Source: Veleropilina oligotropha
Taxonomy: Eukaryota
Assembly: GCA_048128005.1 (NCBI GenBank)
Contig: JBEUKZ010000049.1
Span: 62,001-126,000 of the forward strand
Length of the DNA stretch: 64,000 nt
Direction: 5' to 3'
Below, one piece after another: positions 36,101 to 44,740 of the stretch (position 1 is its first letter; each line of letters starts with the position of its first letter). The notes beneath the pieces are model-generated. The model was not told the DNA's origin. It saw only the letters and a program-made list of their open reading frames with translations, and did no database searches. The position numbers and the translations under genes were made by a program.

Positions 36101-37018
36101 AAGACCGCGGACTACTATGAAGAGATCGAAGTAGACTACAGGGCGAAAGACGACCCTTCCCTCCAAGCCCTGAAAAGACGTATCCGTCTCCAGCCCGACA
36201 AAGTCCAGTGCGACGAGATGCGACGGACCCTCCCCAGCTGCCTCGGATGGGACCGGTTCGTCAACACCTGGAAGCCAGGCGACCTAATCCTCACAAGCCG
36301 TCAGAAGGTCCGCGAACGGGCTCAAGAGCTGTTGCTCCAGAGGCACAAGGAGCACTTCCCAGACTCCATGGTGCCTATCCTGTACCACCCCAGGGACAGC
36401 AGAAAACAGAACATCATGGTAACCATTCCGGGCACCAGCGACAGAGAGGAGCTAGTTCTGAACGACGTCGTCGAGGTCACCATTGAGGCCGCTGAGCGGG
36501 CTATCCTGACCCCGGATTGGCGCCTGGGCTATGCCCTGACCATCCATTCGAGCCAGGGTCTTACGATTCACGACCCACAGAAAGTCTGGATCATCGACGA
36601 CTACCTTCAGTGGAGTAATCTCGCCTACCTAGCCGTGTCCCGGGTGGAGCTGCTGCGTCAGCTCGAACGGGTAACCTGTCCACCGGATGAGGGTTCTGAG
36701 GACAAGCCCCGGCCCCAAACCGAGCAACAGCTCCGAAAGACCATCCAGAAAAAGCTTGTGGCGTACAAACGCCAGGACCAGGCAACGGGACTCCCGGGGT
36801 TTAACCTCAAGGTCGACGACATCCTGCGGCTCAGAGAGGCCCAAAACAACCGCTGCGCAGCATGCAACATAGAGCTGCTCTGGGCATATTCCCCGAAGGA
36901 CACACAGCAGTTCAGTGTCGACCGTGTGGACAACAGCAGGGGCCACACCCGCGACAACGTGCGCTTAACGTGTCTGGAATGTAACCGGAAACGAGGATTT
37001 GCGGTTGTTAACGCCTGA
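33161..37018 (+). CDS. Replication polyprotein: Rho-N/HeH-like + OTU-like protease + divergent family B polymerase + SF1 helicase + HNH-like nuclease
   Basis: GDLNC..HNGHAW; HGGLW, IDMKSCYP, IIGKFTQG, VATDSIY; GGGGCGKT, IIWDE, GDQGQPPP, YRAKDD, YALTIHSSQGLT, YLAVSR; CAAC..SVDRVDNSRGH..DNV..TCLECN. Confidence 0.88.
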   Translation: MDDLRNLAKDYGIPARSKLKKHDLIRAIARVRAAEFRSRLERAMKTGRFPSIRGDVENPHKRGRRARELRQIKDEVDAALQARKYESQAEKNPRIRQKPLRNIADRIVKPHLHGLTRSRKETLAHAIARKGPDLLISKMPRTAQDYQKDLLGQFTTPEGQRFIDLDDQVPPPVRLPAKEPWVELLSDAKDEFEVDGAAAAFSTWRVEVAGRLALDARMTDARAAQLLTALPKGEYVLRIKFLREWGEGDWVVEDKFDPVKAARKKGQGVFEISQDTKPGAITGVDKVYYENAYPVTAVVYGVYPLREPNPANLVPMKNGDLNCVAQRVVEHFEGALRGHGLTPTRRQKILEWEERVHVTGATVDDIATLEKILKRAITLRDIAGEDIYNSGKYQASMWKSIELICHNGHAWSKDLHFPQSRAVHLYEGDVWEAIRQATQNEPLAVWLLGGKDRQLGVDQFVLQDGRTYRTKEAHERLQEACTALGNESLADRAFGVNHAASIMAKEKNGWKPTPAGLLDDIQKACVEHGHGGLWNSMNYDTGDVCCIDMKSCYPASFLGKGEAKPYFERFGHPLHSMTRVAINGPLPQDIGTGFAEVVEWEFAQDIHPVIVAWFGKHFAENGWAPTPLLAFLVDSGLLKSLKIREAIIAFKKQTDVWLPPDRDQGCSIIGKFTQGAKADGKRLTRRLVTDQGELDFLVRDTRQSGTLVGAPQRCPMGHILTYYDGSQPQYAHLRASMLAYAHINLLSMLKRFSAAEAVRVATDSIYLKKASLEKLDDVTVYVAPRLCGCGEKSCISCLIAEPYLPPVAPAQWRDKGEQLYMPQEHAAYLPKPEYCCAANSSQPSTAPCYNDTLTHHRLSYLNGGGGCGKTTRAIELFRARNPVVFTPTHRLAKEMRTRGVKAQTYHSFFRWSGQNDWTPDRMGQKFIPRVIIWDEVCTVPRAILEMFLDWLGRHEVQVICCGDQGQPPPITGEMPHDWLRKTADYYEEIEVDYRAKDDPSLQALKRRIRLQPDKVQCDEMRRTLPSCLGWDRFVNTWKPGDLILTSRQKVRERAQELLLQRHKEHFPDSMVPILYHPRDSRKQNIMVTIPGTSDREELVLNDVVEVTIEAAERAILTPDWRLGYALTIHSSQGLTIHDPQKVWIIDDYLQWSNLAYLAVSRVELLRQLERVTCPPDEGSEDKPRPQTEQQLRKTIQKKLVAYKRQDQATGLPGFNLKVDDILRLREAQNNRCAACNIELLWAYSPKDTQQFSVDRVDNSRGHTRDNVRLTCLECNRKRGFAVVNA

Positions 37019-38012
37019 GAACCGGCGGCAGCTGGGTATCACGAGGCACCACGAGAAGTTCCTCACGAACGAAGCCACGCGGTGGTCCATCCAGCAAGTA
37101 GTAGAGCACAGGCTCGTCAGACTTAGTGACGGAGCGTCCAAGCCTGTAAACTTTTAGAGACCACACCGGGTCAGTAGCACGGCGATGACCCCCCTCCAGC
37201 TCACCATCGTAGTAAAGGTAGCGAACATCTACGTCAGAGGGGAGTTTCTGTTCCTTCCCCTGTCGGCCTGGAACAGTGGCGCCTGGCTTTTGGGCAACGC
37301 GAGGTGCCTTGATGGCGTCCTTGGGCTTTTTACCGGTCAGCCTGGTCACTTCCCCATTCAAGGCCGCAACTACAGCTGCTAACCGGGCGACCCACTCAGT
37401 TGACCTTTGACCCTCTTTCGCAGACTCTGCAAACTGCATCTCTGTTGCATACTGGTGCCCGAAGAGCCGCTCAGCGAGCGTCCGGTTGAAGCGCTCCACA
37501 ATGCCCTGATCGCGATGGATATCCACACGGCCACGCCTAACCTCGACGTTATTCTTTGCCAGCAGCTGGGAGACCGCGCCCATGAACTCTCGCCCTGGAT
37601 CAACCTGAAGCAATTTCGGCCAGCCAAGAGGACTCCGCCTGTAGATTCGGGCTAGTGCTTCAGCAACCCCTTTGGCCTCTTTTGTGACCAGAGGCTCAGC
37701 CTCTTTAAAGCGACTGGCCACATCAACCACAGTCAAAGCGTACTTATAGGTCTTGTGTCTGACCTTGTCATGGGGGAGAAACAGGAGGTCGGCTTGGTGA
37801 ACCTCGTTTGGCGTTACGACGTCGAATTTTGGTCTTGGAATCCGCCGTGGCGCAGGTAAATAGATCTGCCATATAGCCTGCCTCTTAAGCCATGTCCGGG
37901 CCTCCACTTCAGACGCCTTGGCAGCGTCAGCTAGTTTCTTTATCGCGGCAATGCCTTTCCAGTAGCCCTTAGGGCTGTAGTACATCCTCGCAAGCTTACT
38001 ATCCATCAGCAA
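37008..38012 (-). CDS. rve-type DDE integrase (no chromodomain)
   Basis: HQADLLF, LQVDPGREF, GIVERFNRTL; intact 334 aa. Confidence 0.93.
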   Translation of the reverse strand: MLMDSKLARMYYSPKGYWKGIAAIKKLADAAKASEVEARTWLKRQAIWQIYLPAPRRIPRPKFDVVTPNEVHQADLLFLPHDKVRHKTYKYALTVVDVASRFKEAEPLVTKEAKGVAEALARIYRRSPLGWPKLLQVDPGREFMGAVSQLLAKNNVEVRRGRVDIHRDQGIVERFNRTLAERLFGHQYATEMQFAESAKEGQRSTEWVARLAAVVAALNGEVTRLTGKKPKDAIKAPRVAQKPGATVPGRQGKEQKLPSDVDVRYLYYDGELEGGHRRATDPVWSLKVYRLGRSVTKSDEPVLYYLLDGPPRGFVREELLVVPRDTQLPPVLRR

Positions 38013-38220
38013 TGTATTCCAGTAAACTGATCAGTCTCCAACAGGCTTCAGCTTCCGGAGCCGGTCGCTGCGCAGTCGTCGCCCGTAGGTTGGTCGGGCC
38101 CGAGAGCACCAGGACCGCGAACCGCACCATAGTCTTTTCGTCGCGGCGCCAGCAGTCGAGTAACGTAGTACTATAGCCGACCGCAAGCATAGCGCAGTAC
38201 AGCTCTTCTGGGAGCCCCAT
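37999..38220 (-). CDS. Small hypothetical viral protein (73 aa)
   Basis: ATG at 38220 preceded by TATAGTA; fills the gap between neighbours; stop overlaps the integrase start. Confidence 0.45.
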   Translation of the reverse strand: MGLPEELYCAMLAVGYSTTLLDCWRRDEKTMVRFAVLVLSGPTNLRATTAQRPAPEAEACWRLISLLEYIADG

Positions 38221-38260
38221 TACTATACATGCCAACGAAAAAAATGTCCACTGGAAATAA

Positions 38261-38689
38261 TTAGGCGAGCTTGTAGGCGACCAACCCGGTCGCAGCCATC
38301 CCCAGGATGATGAAGGTGATCTCACGTCCCTTCTGGGCATCGCTCGGTGTGTAGTAGTCAGACAGGGCGGGCTCAGGGCCACCCCCCAGGTCGGGGTCAA
38401 GGTTCTTGCCGGTGATCAATGCATACTCACGGATCGCGGCGTCAACATCCCGGAATGTGCCAACGGCATGACCCTGGCGGCGAAGTTCAACGTTCAGCCA
38501 GTCGAGACGCTCTGCCCTCTGTTGTGACCATTTAGTCTGAGCAGCGTTGAGCTGTTCTACAGCAATGTCGTGGCGTTTACGCTCTGCATCGACACCGGAG
38601 CTGCGTAGCTTCGAGAAGAGGAAGTTGGAGCCGCTGAAGGCGAGGGCGTTGACGAGAGCGCCCCCAACCAGCATCGCAATGGAAGCCAT
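38261..38689 (-). CDS. Viral membrane protein with hydrophobic ends and central coiled coil
   Basis: MASIAMLVGGALVNALAF... and C-terminal ITFIILGMAATGLVAYKL. Confidence 0.75.
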   Translation of the reverse strand: MASIAMLVGGALVNALAFSGSNFLFSKLRSSGVDAERKRHDIAVEQLNAAQTKWSQQRAERLDWLNVELRRQGHAVGTFRDVDAAIREYALITGKNLDPDLGGGPEPALSDYYTPSDAQKGREITFIILGMAATGLVAYKLA

Positions 38690-38720
38690 TGAAATGCTGC
38701 GATTATCTAGCAAGGTCCCA

Positions 38721-38960
38721 CTACTTCAATATATCGGCCGGAATGATGCCTTGCTTGATCAGCATGTCTTTCGTCGCCATGGCGAGCGATACGTCGAGGA
38801 CGACCATCCCGACATCGTACCCCGTGAAGTCCAGTTTGGGGCTCGCTCCCTTGAATACCATCTTTGTCAGGCGTGCGTAGCCTATGGCGAGGCCTGACAC
38901 TATAGCGGCGTGGTATACAGCGTTGCCGAGCATCTTTCCATCAGTGATTGGGGTAGTCAT
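38721..38960 (-). CDS. Small hydrophobic viral protein (79 aa)
   Basis: Two hydrophobic helices (AVYHAAIVSGLAIGY; VGMVVLDVSLAMA). Confidence 0.7.
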   Translation of the reverse strand: MTTPITDGKMLGNAVYHAAIVSGLAIGYARLTKMVFKGASPKLDFTGYDVGMVVLDVSLAMATKDMLIKQGIIPADILK

Positions 38961-38996
38961 AACTGTTGAGTACTATAGAAATGCTACCGTTTGCGA

Positions 38997-39488
38997 CTAT
39001 TGCATATGAAAAGGGTTCTGCTTCTTCAATTCGATAGTGGGGGCGGCCCGAGAGCACCGAGCGTCCGCGTCTGGTGGCTGTTGATGTGGTGTGGATGGAC
39101 CAGGGTTGCTGCGTTCTGAGGACGTCTTCCAGACAACAAATACCAACGCAACCGTACCGGCAGCGACGGCTACCTGGGTCCAATTAAATGGGTCCGATTT
39201 CCGTGTATCTGGCGCACACGGTCTTTCTGCGGCTGGAACCGCCTCCCCGGGCTGTTCTGATGGAACGACAACACTTGTTGGGGCACTCAGGTCTTCTTTC
39301 ATTTTTCGAACCGCGGCCAGTAGCTTCTCCTGCTTGGCTTTTCGAGCAGCAGCGCCGGCCCGACCTGCAGCCACTTTTTTCGGGTCCTTTTTACTCACTG
39401 ATGAGTCCGTCGAAGAAGTCACCCTCTCTATCGGCTGGCTCTCGATCGGCTGTCTCTCGATCACTTGGTCCACTTCCGGCGTTGTCAT
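38997..39488 (-). CDS. Viral protein with basic KDPKKVAAGRAG motif and one TM helix
   Basis: KKDPKKVAAGRAGAAARKAK; WTQVAVAAGTVALVFVVW; start may be 39488 or 39524. Confidence 0.65.
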   Translation of the reverse strand: MTTPEVDQVIERQPIESQPIERVTSSTDSSVSKKDPKKVAAGRAGAAARKAKQEKLLAAVRKMKEDLSAPTSVVVPSEQPGEAVPAAERPCAPDTRKSDPFNWTQVAVAAGTVALVFVVWKTSSERSNPGPSTPHQQPPDADARCSRAAPTIELKKQNPFHMQ

Positions 39489-40152
39489 CTTGATCTGGTA
39501 TCTTAGGCGGGCAAACATGTCCAAATTGGCAGTGCTTAGCCGTGGTCAACGCTGCGGTCAGCGGTGCGAGGTACATGCCATATTTATAATACAGCTCACA
39601 GCTTGCAGTGGTCAGGGCATGTGAGATGAACGGGTCGGCCTCGAGATCAGCGATCAGTCGTAGCTGGTTTGCTGGTGGAATGGGCAGGAACATCCCAGCT
39701 GCACCCGCATACAGCTGTATAGCAGCGGCCCCGAGGGTCTTCGTCATGTCAGCACCTAGCTTCGCTTCATACCGTGCGTGGTGTTTCTCAACCTCGTCGT
39801 CAGTCATATCGTCGATTCGGTCCACTGTGAGGTTACGCCCCATGTATCGGTGGGCCTGTCCTCCAACGGCTAATGCTGCAAGCCTCTCCCGTTTCTTTGC
39901 CATCCCTATGGAGCCAGTTTCAGGTTCCTCGTGCTGCGAGCAGCGTTTGGTCGTCGAGCGGGGTGAGCTGCTGCTCACGGTCATTTCTTCCTCGTCATCC
40001 ATGAGTTGATCGATGAGGCTGTCCATCCTTAAGCGTTTCCAACATCTCCTCGCCAGTCTAATATAGCGATAATGCCAATACCACAACGTTACGAGTAGCA
40101 ACAAGATCAGGCCCTGGCTGAAAGCAAAAGCTATGTATACCGCGTCCGACAT
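39391..40152 (-). CDS. Hypothetical viral protein (start 40152 or 40025)
   Basis: Long ORF between the ATPase and the membrane gene block; optional N-terminal TM segment. Confidence 0.65.
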   Translation of the reverse strand: MSDAVYIAFAFSQGLILLLLVTLWYWHYRYIRLARRCWKRLRMDSLIDQLMDDEEEMTVSSSSPRSTTKRCSQHEEPETGSIGMAKKRERLAALAVGGQAHRYMGRNLTVDRIDDMTDDEVEKHHARYEAKLGADMTKTLGAAAIQLYAGAAGMFLPIPPANQLRLIADLEADPFISHALTTASCELYYKYGMYLAPLTAALTTAKHCQFGHVCPPKIPDQDDNAGSGPSDRETADREPADREGDFFDGLISE

Positions 40153-40205
40153 GCCTAGCTAGCTAAGTAGCTGCTAAGTAGATGTTAGGGCTAGCCAAGT
40201 AGCTG

Positions 40206-40838
40206 CTACAGCACACTATAAGCAACGGGCTGATCAGTTTTCAACAGAAGCTTAGCGTGTCGTGTCTCGGTCAACAGCCGGCGAACCGCGGTCCGTTCAT
40301 CCTGCGACGGGATTACATCGTTCTCGCGCAGACAGTCCTCGAAACTGTCGCGGTCCTTGCAATGGAACAGCGCGACCCAGCGGGTCTGCTCTCTGAGCTC
40401 CTTCAAGACCGAGTTGTACTTTTGCGTCACTACCCATACGCTCTGGGAAGCATGCCTGCCGCTGAAGGCCAACAAAGTCAGCATGTCCCTCCTCTTTGCC
40501 ATAGCCTTGCTCGCGGCGCAGTCGTCGATTATGTACAGAGTCGACTCCCCCTGAAACAGCCGGTAGAACCCCCGCAGCCAGTCATGGAGTCGCTCACCCG
40601 GGGGGACTAAATACACCTCAGGGTCGGTCCAGATCCACGGACAAGACTGGTATGCCTTGTTGAACTTGATCGTGGGGCAGAGGATCACGATATGCCGGAA
40701 GACGCCTCGATACTCCCCTTCCAGCAGTTCAAGCATGAAAACCGTCTTCCCACAACCGGTCTGGCCGCAGATGATTGCGGAGTGGGGGTCCTTGGTGTGC
40801 GGAAATCGTTTAGTACAGTGCTTCGACGAATCGGCCAT
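40206..40838 (-). CDS. A32/FtsK-like genome packaging ATPase
   Basis: Walker A ICGQTGCGKT, Walker B LYIIDD, SGRH arginine motif, VVTQ. Confidence 0.92.
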   Translation of the reverse strand: MADSSKHCTKRFPHTKDPHSAIICGQTGCGKTVFMLELLEGEYRGVFRHIVILCPTIKFNKAYQSCPWIWTDPEVYLVPPGERLHDWLRGFYRLFQGESTLYIIDDCAASKAMAKRRDMLTLLAFSGRHASQSVWVVTQKYNSVLKELREQTRWVALFHCKDRDSFEDCLRENDVIPSQDERTAVRRLLTETRHAKLLLKTDQPVAYSVL

Positions 40839-42107
40839 TCTCGATATTCAGCTGTGCGTCCATGATCACGAACTCGTAGACGTTCAGTGGACCGGCCGCT
40901 TCGGCTGTTTTAGTGATCTGAATAGTAATGCCTTCGCTGGCGTTCTCGACCCTCCGGCCTGACCCGTGCAACTGATCGTCGTCAGTTACCCGCATATCGA
41001 TCCAGAGCGCAAATTTCTTAGTCAGAAACTCGCCCAGGGTGACGTCTGCCATCTCCAAGTCCTTTGCGACCATCGCGACCTCAGGATGCCGCTTGCTGCA
41101 GCCGGAGGCGAACATTTTCTTGGCTTCTTCCCAGATCTGGTATGTTCGCATGCCCTGGCTGTAGATTTGATTCGGGACACCCTCGATTGTGACCTCGACC
41201 TTTGTGATCTTCGGATTATAGAAGGCCTCAGTATCGCGAGAGAATGGCGCGGCGTCTCTCGCAGGGTCCTCGAACAACAGTAGTATTCCTTTCATCGACC
41301 TCGCCGGTACGTTCACATTCATATTCCACAACGAGTCGCTCTTGTCTAGGGTGAGCTTCCGATGCCGGAGAACACGGTCGTACAGGATTACGAGTTGACC
41401 CTGGTATTGATTTCGAATCCGTCTGGCAAGCAGTGGGTTACCATGTCATATTCGAGGGATATATTGTCGATGGAATAGCTGGAACCGGAGTCGTCCGTCT
41501 CCCGGATAGTCCGGGAGTAGTCGTTGAACGTTAGCTCATACTCGAGACGGTCTCCAAGGGCGCTTTGATAGAATGGCATGTGACTTTCCAACAGCTCGAA
41601 ATCCAGCGGGATGCGGAATCGGTTACCGTACGCGGCCGCGACCGCGACATCCTCAGACAGTCTAAAGGCGTCTGCCGCACCAACACGATGCTTCGTAGTG
41701 TTGTGCCCATCGCTGGTATCAATCCCCTGGTACTGGGCGTTCTTGCGCTCCCCGGTGGTCTTCCAGAGATCGCAGTAGCAGTGGTACACGTCGGAGTCGT
41801 CAATCGACATGATCTCGTTTCCACTTATCTTTATCGTGGTCTTTCTGATCACGGCACGGCCGATATTTTGCACTACAGTCCTATTCGCATTTACCGAGGT
41901 CAGTGAGATGGTAAATGCAAGGTGGGCAGTCCCTGGAACGATCACGTCATTCGCCCCGAGATTAGGGAACCGAACCAGGAGCTGCTGGTTCGGGGCAATC
42001 GTTGATGGATTGTTTGTAATCGTGACCGACTGGCGGATGCCCTTGACTGCGAGGGGCTCACGCAGCCTGCGGTATGGATTAAGCTTGCGTCCGTATACGC
42101 TAGTCAT
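40810..42107 (-). pseudogene. Major capsid protein (~430 aa) with one frameshift at ~41431
   Basis: Two beta-rich ORFs join into one reading (..SLEYDMVTH/LARRIRNQYQGQLVILYDRVLRH..NVPARSMKGILLLFED); size and position next to the ATPase fit a double jelly-roll MCP. Confidence 0.78.
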
Positions 42108-42143
42108 GGCTGAATTAGATGCGTATCCCACTGATGTATTCAA

Positions 42144-43457
42144 ATGGCGGAATTCGAGAACCCCGCATTCGAGCCGGACGATCTCATCGACAACGATGAT
42201 ACCATCATCGACGATACTGATGTGGATCTATCCACCGACCGGTTTATGCCTGTTCTTTCGGAACGGCCACAGGAAGGAACCAGCAGTCTTCAGCAAGAGC
42301 TCGTTCAGGGCGTGGTTGACGACTACTACAAAGCCCTGGCACAGGAGGGGCAGACCCCAGCCACGGGGCGAGATTATTCAAAATTCAAGTATGTGAGGGG
42401 AAAATTAGGGAGGGGGGGGAAATTGGTGATGACGGACTACCCCGACATCAATCTCATAAATTCTCGCACCGGCAACCCCTTGGCGTTGTCAACAATAGCT
42501 GGCCGGCCTGGTGGGGGTGATGCAATCCGTGAAGGGTTGGGTTTTGTACACTGGACGCGGGGGGAAAAAAAGCTGGCCTCAAAAGCGGTTGCAGTTCTTC
42601 AGGCAGCCGACACTGAGTTGAGCGGTGCGGCCGCTAATGTCGAAAACGTAGAACTGCGGGACTTGGGGCAGACTGCTACTGATGCCTCGGTAGCAATCCA
42701 CACGATGGAGACGAAATTCACTGATACCGAGGTTGAAGAGATCTTAGGCACAATGGGGGACCCTCCATTAAATCTTCGCGAGCTTCGCGGACTTGACAAG
42801 GCGATGCAGACCATCCGAGGCGAACTAACCAACAATCTAGCCAAACTAACGGCGCTGGATGAACACATAGAGCTGGAGAAGATGAAGCTCGATCAGGCAG
42901 ATGAAGAGGGCGGTGTGGATGAGTTCATCCGTCGACGGATCGCGGAACGTCTGCGCGACCTGAATGATGAAAGAGCAGCTCGCCTAGAGGCAGCCTCATC
43001 AAGCCGGGAGGCCCTTCGCTCTCAAATCAGCCGGATCCGAGAGATGATAAGTCGGATCCTGAACACCGACACAACGCTGGCCGAGCGTATCCGGACCCTG
43101 TTCCGCGAGCAAGGGGTTACGATCGCAACAATACTGACCGCTATCGGGCTCGCCATCTCGACTTTGGTACTAGCCCTGACAGGTGGAGCAACAAGCCCGC
43201 CAACGCCACCACCACCTCCCAGTGGTCAGGGCGGGGTCAAGGAGTGGGTAAAAAAGCAGCTGAAGACCCTGGGTCGGATTCTGGGCAAACTAGCAGGGAA
43301 GGCCGCAGCCGTGCTCCCAGGAATACTTGGAAGCCTGGTCTCCTGGCTAATCAACCTGATTGGCAAGACAGCATCGTGGCTCGCTGAAAACCTATGGGCA
43401 CTGGTCATATCAGTTGGGGGCTTGCTTCTTATTGCCGCTAGACAGTGGGTCACGTAA
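42144..43457 (+). CDS. Coiled-coil protein with C-terminal hydrophobic/amphipathic helices
   Basis: 437 aa; acidic N-terminus, heptad-rich middle, VTIATILTAIGLAISTLVLAL, amphipathic W/K-rich helices and a terminal TM. Confidence 0.85.
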   Translation: MAEFENPAFEPDDLIDNDDTIIDDTDVDLSTDRFMPVLSERPQEGTSSLQQELVQGVVDDYYKALAQEGQTPATGRDYSKFKYVRGKLGRGGKLVMTDYPDINLINSRTGNPLALSTIAGRPGGGDAIREGLGFVHWTRGEKKLASKAVAVLQAADTELSGAAANVENVELRDLGQTATDASVAIHTMETKFTDTEVEEILGTMGDPPLNLRELRGLDKAMQTIRGELTNNLAKLTALDEHIELEKMKLDQADEEGGVDEFIRRRIAERLRDLNDERAARLEAASSSREALRSQISRIREMISRILNTDTTLAERIRTLFREQGVTIATILTAIGLAISTLVLALTGGATSPPTPPPPPSGQGGVKEWVKKQLKTLGRILGKLAGKAAAVLPGILGSLVSWLINLIGKTASWLAENLWALVISVGGLLLIAARQWVT

Positions 43458-44733
43458 GCCAAATAAACGCTAGACCAACGACAATGCCGCCCACGATAAG
43501 TGCGGTTTTCTCCTCGTCATGTGCCGCTGGAACAGCCGCCACTGAGGCCACAGCTGGCAGAGAGCCTGGATGCTTCGGAGTAACTACCGGTATGCTTGCA
43601 TCTGCGTCTTGTGGAATAACCAGTCCTGTTTCTCCAGTATCCCCAGTGGCGTTGTGCGGCACAGGATTGGCCGCGTTCACCGTAGTATTAAGACCGAGTG
43701 TCTGGTCTTCCGTGGCGACGACGATCTCATTGTTATAACCAGCCACCTGCCCGATCCGTAGAAGCATGTTACTTGGCGCCATGTACAGGCCAACGCCGAA
43801 TACGAAGTCCACTTTGGACCTCGCATACTGGAGCACCTCTTGGTACCGTTTGATGGCTGCTGGGAGGTCAACGGGGGATGCGATGGCGTCTTCCACGTTC
43901 GCCAGGAACTGTTTCTGTGCGTCAAATGCCGTCCCACTACCCAGAATACTTGCACGCGTTTGAGCCTGCGCTCCAAGAATAGCCCAGACGTAGGTCCTGA
44001 TGGAATCATTGAGCCTTTCCACGCCGGCCCTCGTGAATCCCACCGACCTGTCCAGAATAAAAGTAGCCCAACCGTTTTTAAGTGCAGGCGCTTGCGCGAT
44101 GTAGTCCACGTGCAGATTCGTGTTGGTCGTACCTTTGGTGAAGGACATTCGGCTTGGATCATAGTCACGTCCGATGGGGTGGTAGCCGTTGTTCGTCCAG
44201 TAGCTGTAAGCGGTGCCTAGTCCGCCGTTGGGACCCTTGACACGCCAGTCGGTATGGGGAGACACCCCAAATTCGCTGCAGATCTTCTCATATGCCCTGC
44301 GGTCATACGGGTTGTCGAATGCATCCCACGTCCGGTCCTGTGGCAGCGGCGCCTGAATTTCGGATAAGATTCGTCTGACCTGATAGTAGACGTGGAAGGT
44401 GAATACAGCAGTGGAGAGGGGGTCGGTCGCATTTAAGTGGTCTTCTGAGGAGATTCCGGAACCTGTTGTGGCACACCAAACTGCGAAATTGACCTTGTTC
44501 TGCCAGAACCTCATCGGCGTGCTGTTCCAATCCCTTATCAGCCCGTCACTAGCGACATGAGGGAGGCGGTATTTCTGAAAGACGTCAGGGTATGTTGCCC
44601 CGAATGTAGTGGTTGAGCTATTACCCACATTGATGCTTGGTCTCGTAAGCTGCTCATCTTTGATCTTTGCTGGGTACACCACACCGGTCGGATAGGCCGC
44701 ACTCCTATTAAACGCAAAGGCGCTCTTAGCCAT
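43450..44733 (-). CDS. Hypothetical viral protein with C-terminal membrane anchor
   Basis: 427-aa intact ORF ending ALIVGGIVVGLAFIWLT. Confidence 0.85.
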   Translation of the reverse strand: MAKSAFAFNRSAAYPTGVVYPAKIKDEQLTRPSINVGNSSTTTFGATYPDVFQKYRLPHVASDGLIRDWNSTPMRFWQNKVNFAVWCATTGSGISSEDHLNATDPLSTAVFTFHVYYQVRRILSEIQAPLPQDRTWDAFDNPYDRRAYEKICSEFGVSPHTDWRVKGPNGGLGTAYSYWTNNGYHPIGRDYDPSRMSFTKGTTNTNLHVDYIAQAPALKNGWATFILDRSVGFTRAGVERLNDSIRTYVWAILGAQAQTRASILGSGTAFDAQKQFLANVEDAIASPVDLPAAIKRYQEVLQYARSKVDFVFGVGLYMAPSNMLLRIGQVAGYNNEIVVATEDQTLGLNTTVNAANPVPHNATGDTGETGLVIPQDADASIPVVTPKHPGSLPAVASVAAVPAAHDEEKTALIVGGIVVGLAFIWLT

Positions 44734-44740
44734 AGCTACT

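Noticed and set aside
33179..36957. Many antisense and alternate-frame ORFs over the replicase and DIRS regions
   Set aside because: Expected shadows of GC-rich coding DNA; no motifs
33161..37018. Helitron RepHel interpretation of the helicase ORF
   Set aside because: No HUH Rep motifs; PolB motifs, TIRs, TSD, integrase and capsid genes indicate a Polinton-like element
41420..41440. Programmed frameshift in the major capsid gene
   Set aside because: No slippery sequence; a small deletion is the simpler explanation
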